Assembly: GCF_009914755.1 (NCBI RefSeq)
Contig: NC_060925.1
DNA from: the human T2T-CHM13v2.0 reference genome, Homo sapiens
DNA length: 64,000 bases
Direction: 5' to 3' (one strand)
Of the stretch, positions 42,030 to 56,361 are shown piece by piece; position 1 is the stretch's first letter, and the number at the start of each line of letters is the position of its first letter. Under the pieces are notes generated by a model. That model searched no databases. It was not told the DNA's origin and saw nothing but the letters and a program-made list of their open reading frames with translations. A program made the position numbers and the translations under genes.

Positions 42030-42790
42030 CTTCATTCATTCATTCATTCAATAAATGTTTACTGAACGTTTATTATATGCCAGAAACTGAAGACACAGCA
42101 GAGTGAACAGGACAAAGTCACTGCTTTCTTAGAGCTTACATTCTGGGAAAATCTTTCTTGCTTCCCTTCCCCAGGAACTCACTCCACCAATACATTGTTA
42201 TTGCATGCCTAATGGATTCCAGATGCTTGGCTGGGCACTGGAATGCAATGGTGAAACCTTCAGGTGTTTATCTTCTGGGGGTTTACACTGGGGAGACACA
42301 CAAGTAAGCAAACGATTTCAATGCAGTGTAATATGTGGGATGATGGAGAAAGCAGAGGGTGTGAGCTTTGGACACACAGGAGCAAACCTATCCAGATCTT
42401 AGCATGAATGGAGGGTAAAGATGAGCTTCCCCTTGAAAATATCCTCTAACTTGAGACCGGAAAGAAGATTTAGAGTTATGCTGAAGGTTTCAGTGCATTC
42501 TAGGCAAAGAGAACAAGCATCACAGGCAAAGGCCTGCAGGTAAGAGGAATCCTGATGAATTAAGGAAAGGCAAGTAGTTTAATATGACCGAGGGACAGTG
42601 CGGGGGTTAGGAAGTGGGTGCAAAAGGTGAGGTCAGGGAGGCAGAGCAGATACTATGAAGGGCCTTGTCTGCCAGACCAAAGAGCATGTACTTCGTTTTA
42701 AAGGCTGTGGGAAATGACATCAGCTGCCAGGTGGAAGATGGAGCGTAGAGAACAAGATAGGAGTCAGGAAGCCAATTGGGAGGGGGCTCT
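42030..42790 (-). mobile_element. L2 fragments
   Basis: ttcattcattcattcaataaatgtttactgaa tail and L2 body. Confidence 0.65.
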
Positions 42791-45209
42791 GGACCTCGTG
42801 ACTTCTGAACTTGGCCTGGCGTGGTGCAACACCTTTTACCTTTACTTCATGGGCCTTTACTGCTTAGCCAGGGAGCACATTAGTTATGCATGACTGTGTG
42901 ACTCACGCTGTGGCTCAGTTGTGCATGCCGAACACCTTGGGCCAGTGACTCCTTTCACCAATTTCCTTGGCTGTAGAGAGCCAGGGCTTGGATGGGAGAA
43001 AATAGCATTCCTGGAAATCACCTTATTACTTTCATTATTCTTTGGCTAAGCTAAAGTTGGATCAGTGAGAACACAATTGGAGCCAACCACCCAGAGGAAG
43101 AAGGAGGCTGGGTTGTATCAGTGGAGTTTCAGAGATCCACAGACCAAGCCTTTTCTAATGTATTCAATGTCCTGAATATTTGCTGAGCACCTGCAGAGCA
43201 CATGGGAACAGGATCTAGCCTGCTGTCCTGATGCTCATGACAGTCATCAAAGCCATTCCCATTTGGATGTTCCAAATGGCCCAGCTCAGGGCTTGACTTC
43301 CCTTGGAGACCTTTCTGATGTCACCAGTCTAGATGAGCCCCATCACCCCCATGTACCTGCTCAGCCCCTGGGCTCATCTCTGTTACTGCTTATATCATCC
43401 TGAAATACCATTTTATTTGACTTTATTTTCTGTCTTACTTAGAAGTAGGTTAAGGACTATGAATTTGATGTCTATGTACTTGTGCCTGGGACATCATAGC
43501 CTTCCAATACATTTTTGTGATAAGTACTACCTTATACATATCTGTCCACTAACAGTTATCATAAAAAGCTATAGGAATACAGTCTTCTGTGTATTTAAGT
43601 CCACCCTGGGGAAGTTAGGAAAAGCTTCGCCGAAGAGGTGCCTTTGAACCTGAGAAAGAGCTTGCCAGGAAAAGGCCACGGTAGGCACTCCTGCCAGAAG
43701 GGCCAAATGAATGAAAGCACAGATGCAGGGAAACTGAGGCATGTGTGGGGGAGCTGCTTGTTTCCAGGATGGGTGGGTTATAGAGCTCAGGTTTATAGAG
43801 GTTTATAGAGGAAAGGTAGCTTGAGGCCGGACTGAGAAGGCCTGAGTACCATGACAATGGATAGGATCTTAGACAGAGGGACCCAGGTTGCAGCATGCTC
43901 AGATGAGGGATGGAGAATAACAATTTGGAGGAAAATGGTTGAGGGCAGTGGGGGCCATTAGGCAATCATTGTCTTGGTGCAGGTTGGAGGAGATGTTGGC
44001 CTGAGTCAGGTGGTGGCAGTGGAATAGAGGTGAGGACCCCACGATAGTGCTGGACTGGCCTGGTTACCCACTGGGCAATGGGCGTGAACCAGCTAGAGGC
44101 CTGGAACCAGCTCTGAGGTTTCCAGCATGGGTGACTGGTTCAGAAACAGCACAACTGCTTGGTAAGGCTAAAGTCTGACTTCTGGTGAGGCTACTAATAA
44201 ATCCTGAAGGAAATAACAAACACCAAGGAGAGGGAGGCGAGGAGAAGAAAAATTCTGGAAAAGTGAAAACCTGGTTATCAGCCTTAATACTCACGTTATT
44301 CTGACAAAAGCCCAAACTATATTTTTATTCCCTTCTTACAGACAATTCTTTTACAAGACCGAGGCAAAAATAAGCCTGAATTTCTGTGAAACTCTTCATG
44401 CCCCTTGGGGAATAAAAAAGGTACATATAAATGGAATACAGTATCTGCCGGGTGAGTCACCAGAGCTATTTTAAAAGGGATTTGTCACATGGCAGTGGGA
44501 GGCAGAAAGGAGCAGAGATGAATCTGTAATGGGACAAAAAGAGAAATGAGGTGAAAGAGGTTTAGAGTGGAGATCAGGGGCACACAAGCATGACTGAAAG
44601 GTGGAGTTTGATGAGGGAAGGTGAGGAAGAAGCCAAAGGGACTTTTTTTTTTCTTTTTAGGGGAAGAAGTAGTAAACATTTGAACAGACTGCTGAGGGTG
44701 GAAGAAGGCTAGAGGAATAACCTGGAGCTATTATTCTGGAGGCTAGGAAGGAAAATTAGAGGATTCTCAGCTAAGAGAAAGTTCCTCCTCATCAAAAGAC
44801 ATTTCAACCAAATACAAGTGATGTATGTTGACTTTCTGTCACACTGTGCTGCCTAGAGTAATTGTTAAGACTGGATTTATAATCTGCTTCTTTCCAAAAC
44901 TTGTGATTTGTCTCATCAAGGTGGAACTGCTGAATGAAATATTTGAAAGAAGTTCCACCGTGCAGAATAAGGAAACAAAAGACCGCATGGCCAGACAGAG
45001 GTTATCTTACTTGGAGTCACCAGGTGTTGTATGAAGGAAGAGTGACTTCCCTTTCTCTGAAGACTGGATGGAAGGTTGAAGGTTGGGTGGGTGGGGAGGT
45101 AGATGAGAGAGTAGAATATTGGAGAACTAAACCCATCATAGGCAGTGGATGAAAGAGGGAGGGGCCATCATCTGATCTCTCTCTCTCTCTCTTGCTCTCT
45201 CTGGGGAAG

Positions 45210-45445
45210 AAACTTGTGTGGTTGCTAGGAGCCTTAGCTCTGCCTGGATTGTACACTGGCTCCACCACATACCATACAGGTGGCTGTGGGGAAATTCCTT
45301 AATTTCTCAGTGCCTCAGGTTGCCTCACTTATATAATCGGAATAATAATAATACTAGTGCCAAACTTGTGGGCTTATTGTGAGGGTTCTAGCACTTAAAA
45401 TAGAGCCAGGCACATAGTACAGGCTCAGTAAATGTCAGCTTTTGT
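45210..45445 (+). mobile_element. MIR
   Basis: ctcagtgcctcaggttgcctcac...ggcacatagtacaggctcagtaaatg. Confidence 0.75.
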
Positions 45446-46181
45446 TAACCTTAGTCAGTGGAGTAAGATGCGGTAAAATGGAGGATGGATGGAAAAGGGA
45501 ATAGATATATCAAGCATCTTCAAGAGTTCCTGGTAGCTGACAATTTACTGGTTGAGATCTGTCTTCATCATTTAGGCAAGGCTTTTTAAAAATATTTTCT
45601 ATAATTGCATATAACACATAAATCATAGAGTGGTCTATGTAATACTTATTCCATGAGAGCCTCCACTAAAAAAAAGACTCTACGGTCACATGTATTTAGG
45701 AAATGATCAAAACATCCCACTCCTCTTTGACATAGCATGTCAAAATCTCTAAGAAGTACTGTGGAATATATAACCATTAAATATCACCTATCTTAGTGTT
45801 TCCTAAGGTTAATATGAGCACAGAACCCCTATCCATGTACTGTTTATTAATATCCCAGGATCAGCTATTGAACGCACATTCTTAAAGCATTGTTAGAGAC
45901 CAAAAATGTGCTTAGATCCATTATCCTGAAAGAATAATGCTACAATTCATTAAAAGCATCAACACAATCAAACAGAGGAATTTGCTTAGGTCCCCTCACT
46001 TCTGGTGTCTCTGTGAGTTGCTAGAGACTGGAGTCCCACTTTTGGAAATGTCTGTTGTTTTGGAGTTTGCATGTGTGCTTGTGTGTGTGAATATGAGGTG
46101 CTCACAGACTCTTTGGCCCCTGTAGATTGTTAATTTACCAGTGCCACCTAAAGTATCTACCTACTAGCACTCACTGAGTAC

Positions 46182-46557
46182 TGTATTAGTCCGTTCTCAT
46201 GCTGCTAATAAAGACATACCCGAGAATGGGTAATTTATAAAGGAACGAGGTTTAATTGACTCACAGTTAAGCACGGCTGGGTAGGCCTCAGGAAATTTAC
46301 AATCATGGCAGAAGGGGAAGCAAACATGTCCTTCTTCACATGGCTGCAGCAAGGAGAAGTGCCTAACAAAAGGGGGAAAAGCCCTTTATAAAATCCTCAG
46401 ATCTCGTGAGAACTCACTCATTATCACAAGAACAGCATGAGAGTAAACTCTTCCATGATTAAATTACCTCCCACTGGGTCTTCCCTCTGACATGTGGAGA
46501 TTATGGGAACTACAATTCAAGATGAGATTTGGGTGGGGACACAGCCAAACCATATCA
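46182..46557 (-). mobile_element. THE1 (THE1C-like) MaLR solo LTR
   Basis: TG...CA ends, THE1 sequence, perfect 5-bp TSD AGTAC at 46177-46181 and 46558-46562. Confidence 0.93.
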
Positions 46558-49500
46558 AGTACCTACTCTGAATAAGATGCCGTACTAAGTATTCTTGGGG
46601 CCAAACCAGAATACTTGATGGATCCTAACTTTCCTCTTCCAGTGGCTTTGCTTAGGCTCTTCTTTGCGCCTGGAGAGCAACACTCTGCCTCCTCTTTCTT
46701 CCTTCTGCCATCATCAGCATCCATCTCAGATGCTACTTTCTCCAAGAAACCTTCCTTGTCCTTTGAACCAGATCTAATTTTATGGCTTTTCCAAACCTTG
46801 AGGCCTTTCTTTTGGCATTCATTTTATTCTTCCCTGAATTGTAGATATTTGTAAACTTCTCATCTCTCAAAAAAAGATCAGGAGTTCTTGGAGCAGGAAC
46901 TATGTCTTATTAATCTCTATATTTCCTTTAGCATCTACAAGAGGGCTTTCCCATGGTCTGTGCTCAACACACAGTTGCTGAATTAGAACTAGTAAAAGGA
47001 ACATAAGATCCAGTCCCTGCAACTTATGTATTACATTGTAGTTGTAGAGGTATACCTATGCATGAGGATATGATGACAGTGAAAGTCAGAGTTCACTGAT
47101 AACTGCCTAGTAAATGGAATGGACTGAGGATGACAGTACATTTCTTTCATAATATCAACTCCAATTAATTGGTAGTGGCTGTGGACTTTCTGTGTTGAAT
47201 GAGACCTTGACATTACTTCCTGGCTCGGCAGGGAGTGCTATGATCAGTTATTGATGTCTGCATTGTGCTGTAAGCTGGCTCATGCAGGCCTGCCCTTAGA
47301 TCATTCAGTGACTCTGGTATGGTCCATAGCATATGGGGCTCAGAGAAAGCCTGTGGGCTGACTGGGTTGGTCAGTGAAGGTTTGTGTCACGGATAAAGAG
47401 ATTTTGACTGGGCCATGGAGGGTGAGTTAATTTAAAAGCCAAAGCAAATGTGAGAGGTAATGTAGGCAAAAAGGTGTGAAGGTGGAAGAGACCAAGATAT
47501 TTTTGTTAATTATTTGATCAATTTGCTGTTTCTATTAGACTGCAAACTCCATGAAAGCAAGGTTCACTTTTGCTCTATTCATGACCGTATGCTGACACTG
47601 GGCATAATGAAAACACTCAGCAAATATGCACCAAGTGGGCAGGGAGTATGACCAGGAGAGTTAAGATGACAACTAGGTTCAAACAAGAACGGAGGAGCGG
47701 TGACAGATGAATGAAAAGGTGACTTAGGAAAGGGTCCTTGAGGCTGAAGTTCTCTTGTAGGCATTTTGAAGAGTTAAAATTATTTAGGAGAAAACTTGAG
47801 TTCCATTGAGATGTAAGTAGTATTTGAGAAATTTATCTCATAGCTGAATTAATCTAGTTCATTTAGAATCATTTTCTGTGGTTGGTCTCATCACTGAATC
47901 ACATACCTGTGCCCACCCCAGTAGGAAATGCAAATCACGACAAATCATGGACATCCAGACAAATTGCTGGAGCTGCTCAGCTGAGACTGAGCATCTTGGG
48001 TGCCTCAGGGGATCCATGTTACAGACAAGCAGGCCTTTTGCCAGTGGGCTGCAGGCCCAAGACACATAGTCATGAGCAGAGAAACCCAGAGCAAACGGTC
48101 TTCCTTATCCTTAATGACACCACCAGGGCAGCTTATACTTTGGGAAGAAGGTTCGTTTTGTACCTCAGGGCACCTTTAAGAAAGAGCTGTACTGTCAGGC
48201 CTTGAAACATGTCCACATTAAATGGGTTGAGAGGGAAAAGTGGTTGTTTATAAATCCACACCATTAACTTTAACCTGGGCTGAATAAATACAGGCCCTAG
48301 TGTATGTTTTTTTATTACAAACAGAATAGGCAAACTGGTTATTAGTGTAGTGTAATGATTGTTTTCACCATTTTTGTAATTATTTTTCTCCCTCGACTGG
48401 AATTCCCTAACTTATTCATTCATTACGTCATTCAGATGTTGTGGCATGTTTGTAAGAAGTTGTCTTGGGTCTTGAATGAGAATTATTTGAATATTTCAGT
48501 TGACAACAGCAGAGGAATCTAATGATTAGATGGGCTACACCTCATTGAGATCAACAATCCTTTGATATGTGTCAAAGGAACTGTGCTCTGTATGCTTGAA
48601 TTAGAACTTATATTTACATAATTGAATGGGAATATACTAAAAAGTTTACATTCCATCTATTAGATTTGTAACATTTAGTAAAAAAGACATTGGAGAGGAA
48701 CATTAAATTCACAAGTGAGTTGCTTACGGCAGTTGAGATTTTGTTTCTTGATCTGGGTGCTGCTTATATAGGCCTGTTCAGTTCATGAAAATTCCTCTAT
48801 TTGTTAACTTATAATATGTGTACTTTTTTGATTTATATGTTATATGTCAATAAAAATGTTGGAAGGAATTCATTGCTTAGTTTCCTCTCTTAATCATGAT
48901 GGATCATGTTTAAGACTGGAATTCATTAAGAACACAGGAGAGCTAAATTTGACAAAATTGAGAGAGCCAAATTTTAAAGGTGGAAGATTTAGGGTGGCTA
49001 GAAATGGAGGAAGATGGCTAATTTCTAGTCACATTCATTTTGAAAAATTAATTTTGTGGAGTTTTTATAATATTAATCATGATCACCTGTGTGATTCCAA
49101 GAATAAAAAGCATTATAGGTAGAGATGAAAGATTAAGTGCTTGGAAGTTTTTTTCCTTCGAATCAATGAAGTGTTTTTCCATCTATCTTGTCAAATGCTA
49201 AGAAGCAATGTCAACAGGGATGGAAACGTTGCATGAAAATGAGAAGATCCCAGTACACTCTGCTGGCACATTATTTTGATGCCCTGAAACAACATCAAAT
49301 GCTCCTGTCTACAAATGTCCTTTTAAAAACATTTTTACTTGCATTAATTCGCTAAAACTTCATAGCCAAAGGCAGGCGGGATGAGGTAGGAAGAAGGGCG
49401 GGAATGGTTGCAAAGTTTATAGACCACCGAGCCATGGTAAAAACTCAGCCAGAGTTCTTTCTTTTGTGTGTTTCAAATGTTCTTTACTGAGTTTTCTAAT

Positions 49501-51344
49501 TTTTATAATTAGAAAAGATGTAAAAAAAACACACCCACAAACACTTATTGAGTGTCCATTCTATGTAAAACAGATCCCTGGCTGCATCGAACAGTGGAGA
49601 CAATCGATAAACCTTTTCTAATTGATTTGTGATCTCTTCCTCCAGCCAAATTCTTAGCTTTCTCTGAAATTCGATGGGGTAGGTTTTCCTAACCACAGGC
49701 AAAACTACAGTGACTTTTGCGCTGTGTTTTCTCTCAAGACACCAGTAAATATTCTGTGTTTAAAGCTCTGATGACCTGAATATAGTCACAGAAGTCAAAA
49801 TGTCATGATGAGGAGACAAATCACCCTCGGTTAGCACAGCCAAATACAGAGCCCGTGAAGAGACTGGGGGTTATCCACAAGGATAAGGTTGAGGTGAATG
49901 ATTTCTAACTCCAGCTCCTATCAAATAAATGTGATTCAGTGTTTTATGTGCAAATGTAGTGTTGCCCTTATCCTCTTGTTGAAGAAGGATGCATGAGTGA
50001 TGTCCAGGTTTGGACTCTGTGCCCTGCTACCATTGCCGGATAGCCTTCACAGCAGACTCTGACTAAAGACACTTCGTAACAGTGTCTTGCAGGAGGAACC
50101 ACAGAGATTCTGTATAAATTTTCTGCAAATAACTTAAAGTTGTAAAGACAGCTGCAGGTTAAGAAAAGAAAGGCTTCTCTCTCCTTGGTGACGGCTTTGG
50201 ATTGGTATACAACAGCAAGCCTGAAATATGGAATCAGTTTCGCCCCCATCGGCCATGATTACGTCATGATGCATTTGTTTTTTAAGCACCATGTTAGGTT
50301 TGTGCTGAGCTCCTGCCTGGGGTTGAGATGGTTGGCTGTAGGATACTTATTCTTGCTTCCAATAGAAGCCATAGTGATGACTTTAGTGATGGATGCCTCA
50401 GCTCCATCCTGTTGTTCCTCAGCTTCTGGAACTCAGGAGAAGAGACTAGGGAGGATACGCCTGCTTGTCTTTCTGAGTAATTGGTATGATTCTTGGAGCA
50501 GCATTGTCTTTTGTACAGCACCATCTCTGTATATTCAGAACTTAGGAAAAGGATAGGCACATCATAGGAATTAGTAACAGTTTTCCCAGTGTGTTTTAGA
50601 GAGGTGGATTATGCTGTCAATTGCTCTGAGAACCACCTTTCCTTGTTCCTTTGATTCTCTCTGGCACTGATATGCTTAGAGAGTCCTGGGGTCACAACTG
50701 GGTTCATAAGTACCTGTGTATCTTGGGAAGATTTCTAAAATATAAAAGAAGATATAGAAGAAAGGAAACAGTAAAAACAGAGTCTTTTGACATTGAGATG
50801 GGCATTAGTGTAAATAAATATTTTACTCTTTTCTTGATTTATTTTGTGGGTACAGCTTTTGAGCAAAGACACAATTTAAAAAGGCGTAGCTATCCACTGA
50901 TTACACAAATAAATCACACGGTTGCTATGAAGAGGTGTAACAGATTATGCTCTGGAGGAAGAAAGAGATTGTGATGAATTGGTATCATCCATCTTAAATA
51001 TTCCTACACTTCTAATCTTAATGTTAAATTGGATTTATGTAAGTGCTTGGAATTTTTCATTTTTCTGAAATGTGTTTATTTCAGGTTATAGGAAATGTAT
51101 TTCAGGTTATAGATTTATTTCAGGGTTGGCTTCTCTACAGGATGGAACAAGTGTGGGGAAGACAGCATTGCAACTGCACTTCCTATTTTAGTACTACACA
51201 GATCTTGCTGATGTAAAAAAAAATCAAGGGATTCAAAATCATTAAGACCATTTTCTAGGATTTCAGAGGAAGAGAATAAACAAAACTTTGTTCAATGGGA
51301 TTTGGTTTAACTGCTTTTCCTGGCATGCTCTCTTGGTGTAGTCA

Positions 51345-51545
51345 GTGTAGGACTTGGTATAGTGAGTGTGGCTCCATGGCATTGATGTTAGACATCATAG
51401 TCTTAAATTCCAGCTTGGATAATCATTGGCAGAGTGACCTTTAATAAACTGCTAAATCTCCCTGAGCATCATTGTCTTTCTCTGTAAATAAGATGGCCTA
51501 ACTTACATGGTGCTTGTAGGAATCAAATGAGATATAGCGATGAGC
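51345..51545 (+). mobile_element. MIR
   Basis: gtgacctttaataaactgctaaatctccctgagc...ctgtaaaat. Confidence 0.6.
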
Positions 51546-51549
51546 AAAT

Positions 51550-51636
51550 AGACAAGAGGTAAGACCCTGTCTTCATGGAACTTCTTTGTAGATGGGGTGG
51601 TCATGGGAACTACACACAAGTGCACAACACACACAC

Positions 51637-51677
<41 letters not shown>

Positions 51678-52261
51678 CAATCAAAGTGTACCAGGAGGTG
51701 ATGAATACTACAAAGAAAAACAAAGCAAGGTAATAGGATAGGGATGATGTGGGGGTAAAGGGAGGAAGGAGCAGTGCTCTACTTTAAATAGAATGTGGTC
51801 AGGGATGTCTTCTCTGATAATATGCAGGAAGCATGAAAGACGTGAGAGAGTGGCCATGAAGATATCTCAGGGAAGAATATTGGTTGTAGATGGGAGGAGT
51901 ATGCAAAGGTCCTGAGGCAGGAATATGATTGATGTGCTGAAGAGCAGCAAGAAGACCCGTGTGACTAGGACTGGTGACAGAGAGGAGAGTCATATAAGGG
52001 GACTCAGCGAGCTCGTGGAGCATTGCAGGGCTTTGTTGGCCATGGAAGGACTCTGGGTTTATCTGGGGGAACCACTGGATCTGTTTGAGCAAAGACATGA
52101 TGCAATTTGTTTTTCTGCTAGCCGTATAAAGAGTAAATTCTAAGGAGTCAAGGCTAAAAACAGAGATTCCAGTTAGACTATTAAAATAATCCAGGCAAGA
52201 GACGATGGTGGCTGGGATGTTTAGCAGAAGAGATGGTGTAAAAATGATCTTATTTGGGACT
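51550..52261 (-). mobile_element. L2 (further pieces ~53000-53950)
   Basis: tgcaaaggtcctgaggcaggaa and ataatccaggcaagagacgatggtggc. Confidence 0.75.
51622..51676. repeat. Imperfect (CA)n microsatellite
   Basis: Read directly. Confidence 0.93.
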
Positions 52262-52271
52262 TTTTCAGTCT

Positions 52272-52945
52272 GTATTTTCAACAACATTGTTGTGCTATAA
52301 TTTATATACCATAAAATTTATCCACATTAAATGTACAACTAATGTTTTCAGCACAGTTACAGAGCTGTGTGATTGTCACCACAAGCCAGTTTCAGAACAT
52401 TTCCATCACTCCAAAAAAGGTCCCTCATTCCCATTTGCATTTAATTCTTTCTCCCACTCCCAGGCAGCTACTAATCTCCTTTCTGTCCCTATAGATTTGC
52501 TTTTCTTTGACATTTCATGTAAATGGAATTGATATATGTAGTCTTTTGAGTCTTGCCTATTTTCACTTAGCATTCTATTTTTGAGACCCATCTATGTTGT
52601 ACCATGTAGCCGTAGTCTATTTCTTTGTTCCTGAATAGTATTCCATTACATGAATATACCACATTTTGTTCATCTATTTACCAGTAAATGGGCATTTGGA
52701 AAGTCCTACTTTATGGCTAATATGAATAATGCTGCTGTGAATATTCATGTACAAGTATTTGTGAGGACTTATGTTTTCATTCTTCTTGGGTAGATACCTA
52801 GCAGTGGAATTGCTGGGTCTTACTGTAAGTCTGTGTTCAACTTGTTAAGAAAGTGAAAAACTGTTTTCCAAAGTGAACGTATCATCTTACTTGACCTTTA
52901 AACAACGCATAAAGTTTTAGGTTTCTCTACATCCTTACCAAAACC
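52272..52945 (-). mobile_element. L1MB/L1MC-type 3' end
   Basis: ccagtttcagaacatttccatcactccaaaa...gtggaattgctgggtc. Confidence 0.78.
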
Positions 52946-54388
52946 GGTGAAAAAGAACCTGTAGAAAGGATAGTGGATGGCTGATCCATTGCAAATGTAG
53001 AAAACGTAGAGGAATTTATCAGGAGAGCTTCATGTGGGTTGGAAGGTTTGGTGGTTGGAGCATGATGGGGCTTGCTTTTGATGGATCTTACTGTTTCCAG
53101 GGTCATCAGTTGAGAGTGGAAAGGAGGAAAGAAATGCATTGTTAGCTTGGAAAGAAAGAAGAAAGCAAGAAATTGACATCTAGAAGAGTGGCAGAGCTAC
53201 AGAACTAGGGAAATGTGGTTAGACTGAAGGAGGGAGAGGAGCAAGGGCATTTTCGGTGTATGCAAGGGAGTTAGCAATGCTAAGCTGGGAAAGGAGGTGA
53301 GTGAGGATGTTAGGGAGTGACAGTCAGTGCAAAGGTGGTAAAGTCAAAATATTTGGGGACTTAGTGGGGCTGAAGAATTGTTGGGATTAAGATACAAGAA
53401 GAAAGGAGATACAAAGATAGGGTGTGCTGGCCAGGAACCAAGGTAATGCATGAGATGCCATGCATTGGTGATGACAATATATGGTCATGAAAGATTCCAG
53501 TTAGACTATTAAAATAATCCATGCAAGAGACAATAGTGGCTGGGATGGTTAGCAGAAGAGATGGTGTAAACATGATCATATTTGGGACTGAAATAGGGTC
53601 TGAAATAGGGTGGAAAGAAGAGATCAGACCAATATTTAAAAACAAATAGTCTGCATGGATAGTGAAATCAGCAAGAATTATAGTAGAAGTAACGATGGAG
53701 AGACGAGAACCACATGCTAAAATATTCAAATAATGAAGGCCAGGATGTTTGGATTTTGGAGGGGGCTGCAACAGGAGAGGAATCTGGTTTCTGGTAGTGT
53801 TACCTCAAGATCTTATCTTCAAAGTCTCTGTGTAGGGAAGGTCAGGGCAAAGGAGAAATAGCGGTTTGGAAACAGCAATAAAATGCAAGGAGGATGCTTA
53901 ATCTGATTTCATACTCGCTGTATATGAAGTATGGGAAGCAAAAACTCTGCCAGGTGCCTGGTACAAAGCAGCTCCCTTTCATAGTCAGCAGCAGAGGTTC
54001 TCGAGGTCTGGATCTCTTACTTTTTAAATTAATTCTTTGGTTTAACTAAAATCTGTTGTGGCTTAGCATTTGCATTGCTTTAAATCTACTTTTAAGCATA
54101 TTAATGTTTTGGTTTGTTTTAAATGGCACTAAATATGTCCTGGGACACGAAACATCCTTACACATATACACACACCCACACACTCACATGCACAGATCTT
54201 CAAGAATATTCACCAAGCAATTAAAAAAATGTCATTTTTCCTCAGAGTTACACATTTTGGGGGTGAGATGGCTGGCTCAAGTTCTCTTTCTGTGGCTGTG
54301 AACTTATATTTTCTCTATGTAAAGCTATTAGCTATAAAGTTATAACTATCAGAGGAATAAAAACTGGTACATGAATTCTCCATTTCCT

Positions 54389-56361
<1,973 letters not shown>

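Noticed and set aside
50185-50974. 123-aa and 107-aa ORFs as a new gene
   Set aside because: Non-ATG starts, no recognisable domain or exon structure; expected by chance
51799-53771. Two ORFs sharing FTPSLLL.IPATIVSC.DYFNSLTGI as a protein family
   Set aside because: Explained by the 98-bp DNA copy within L2 sequence
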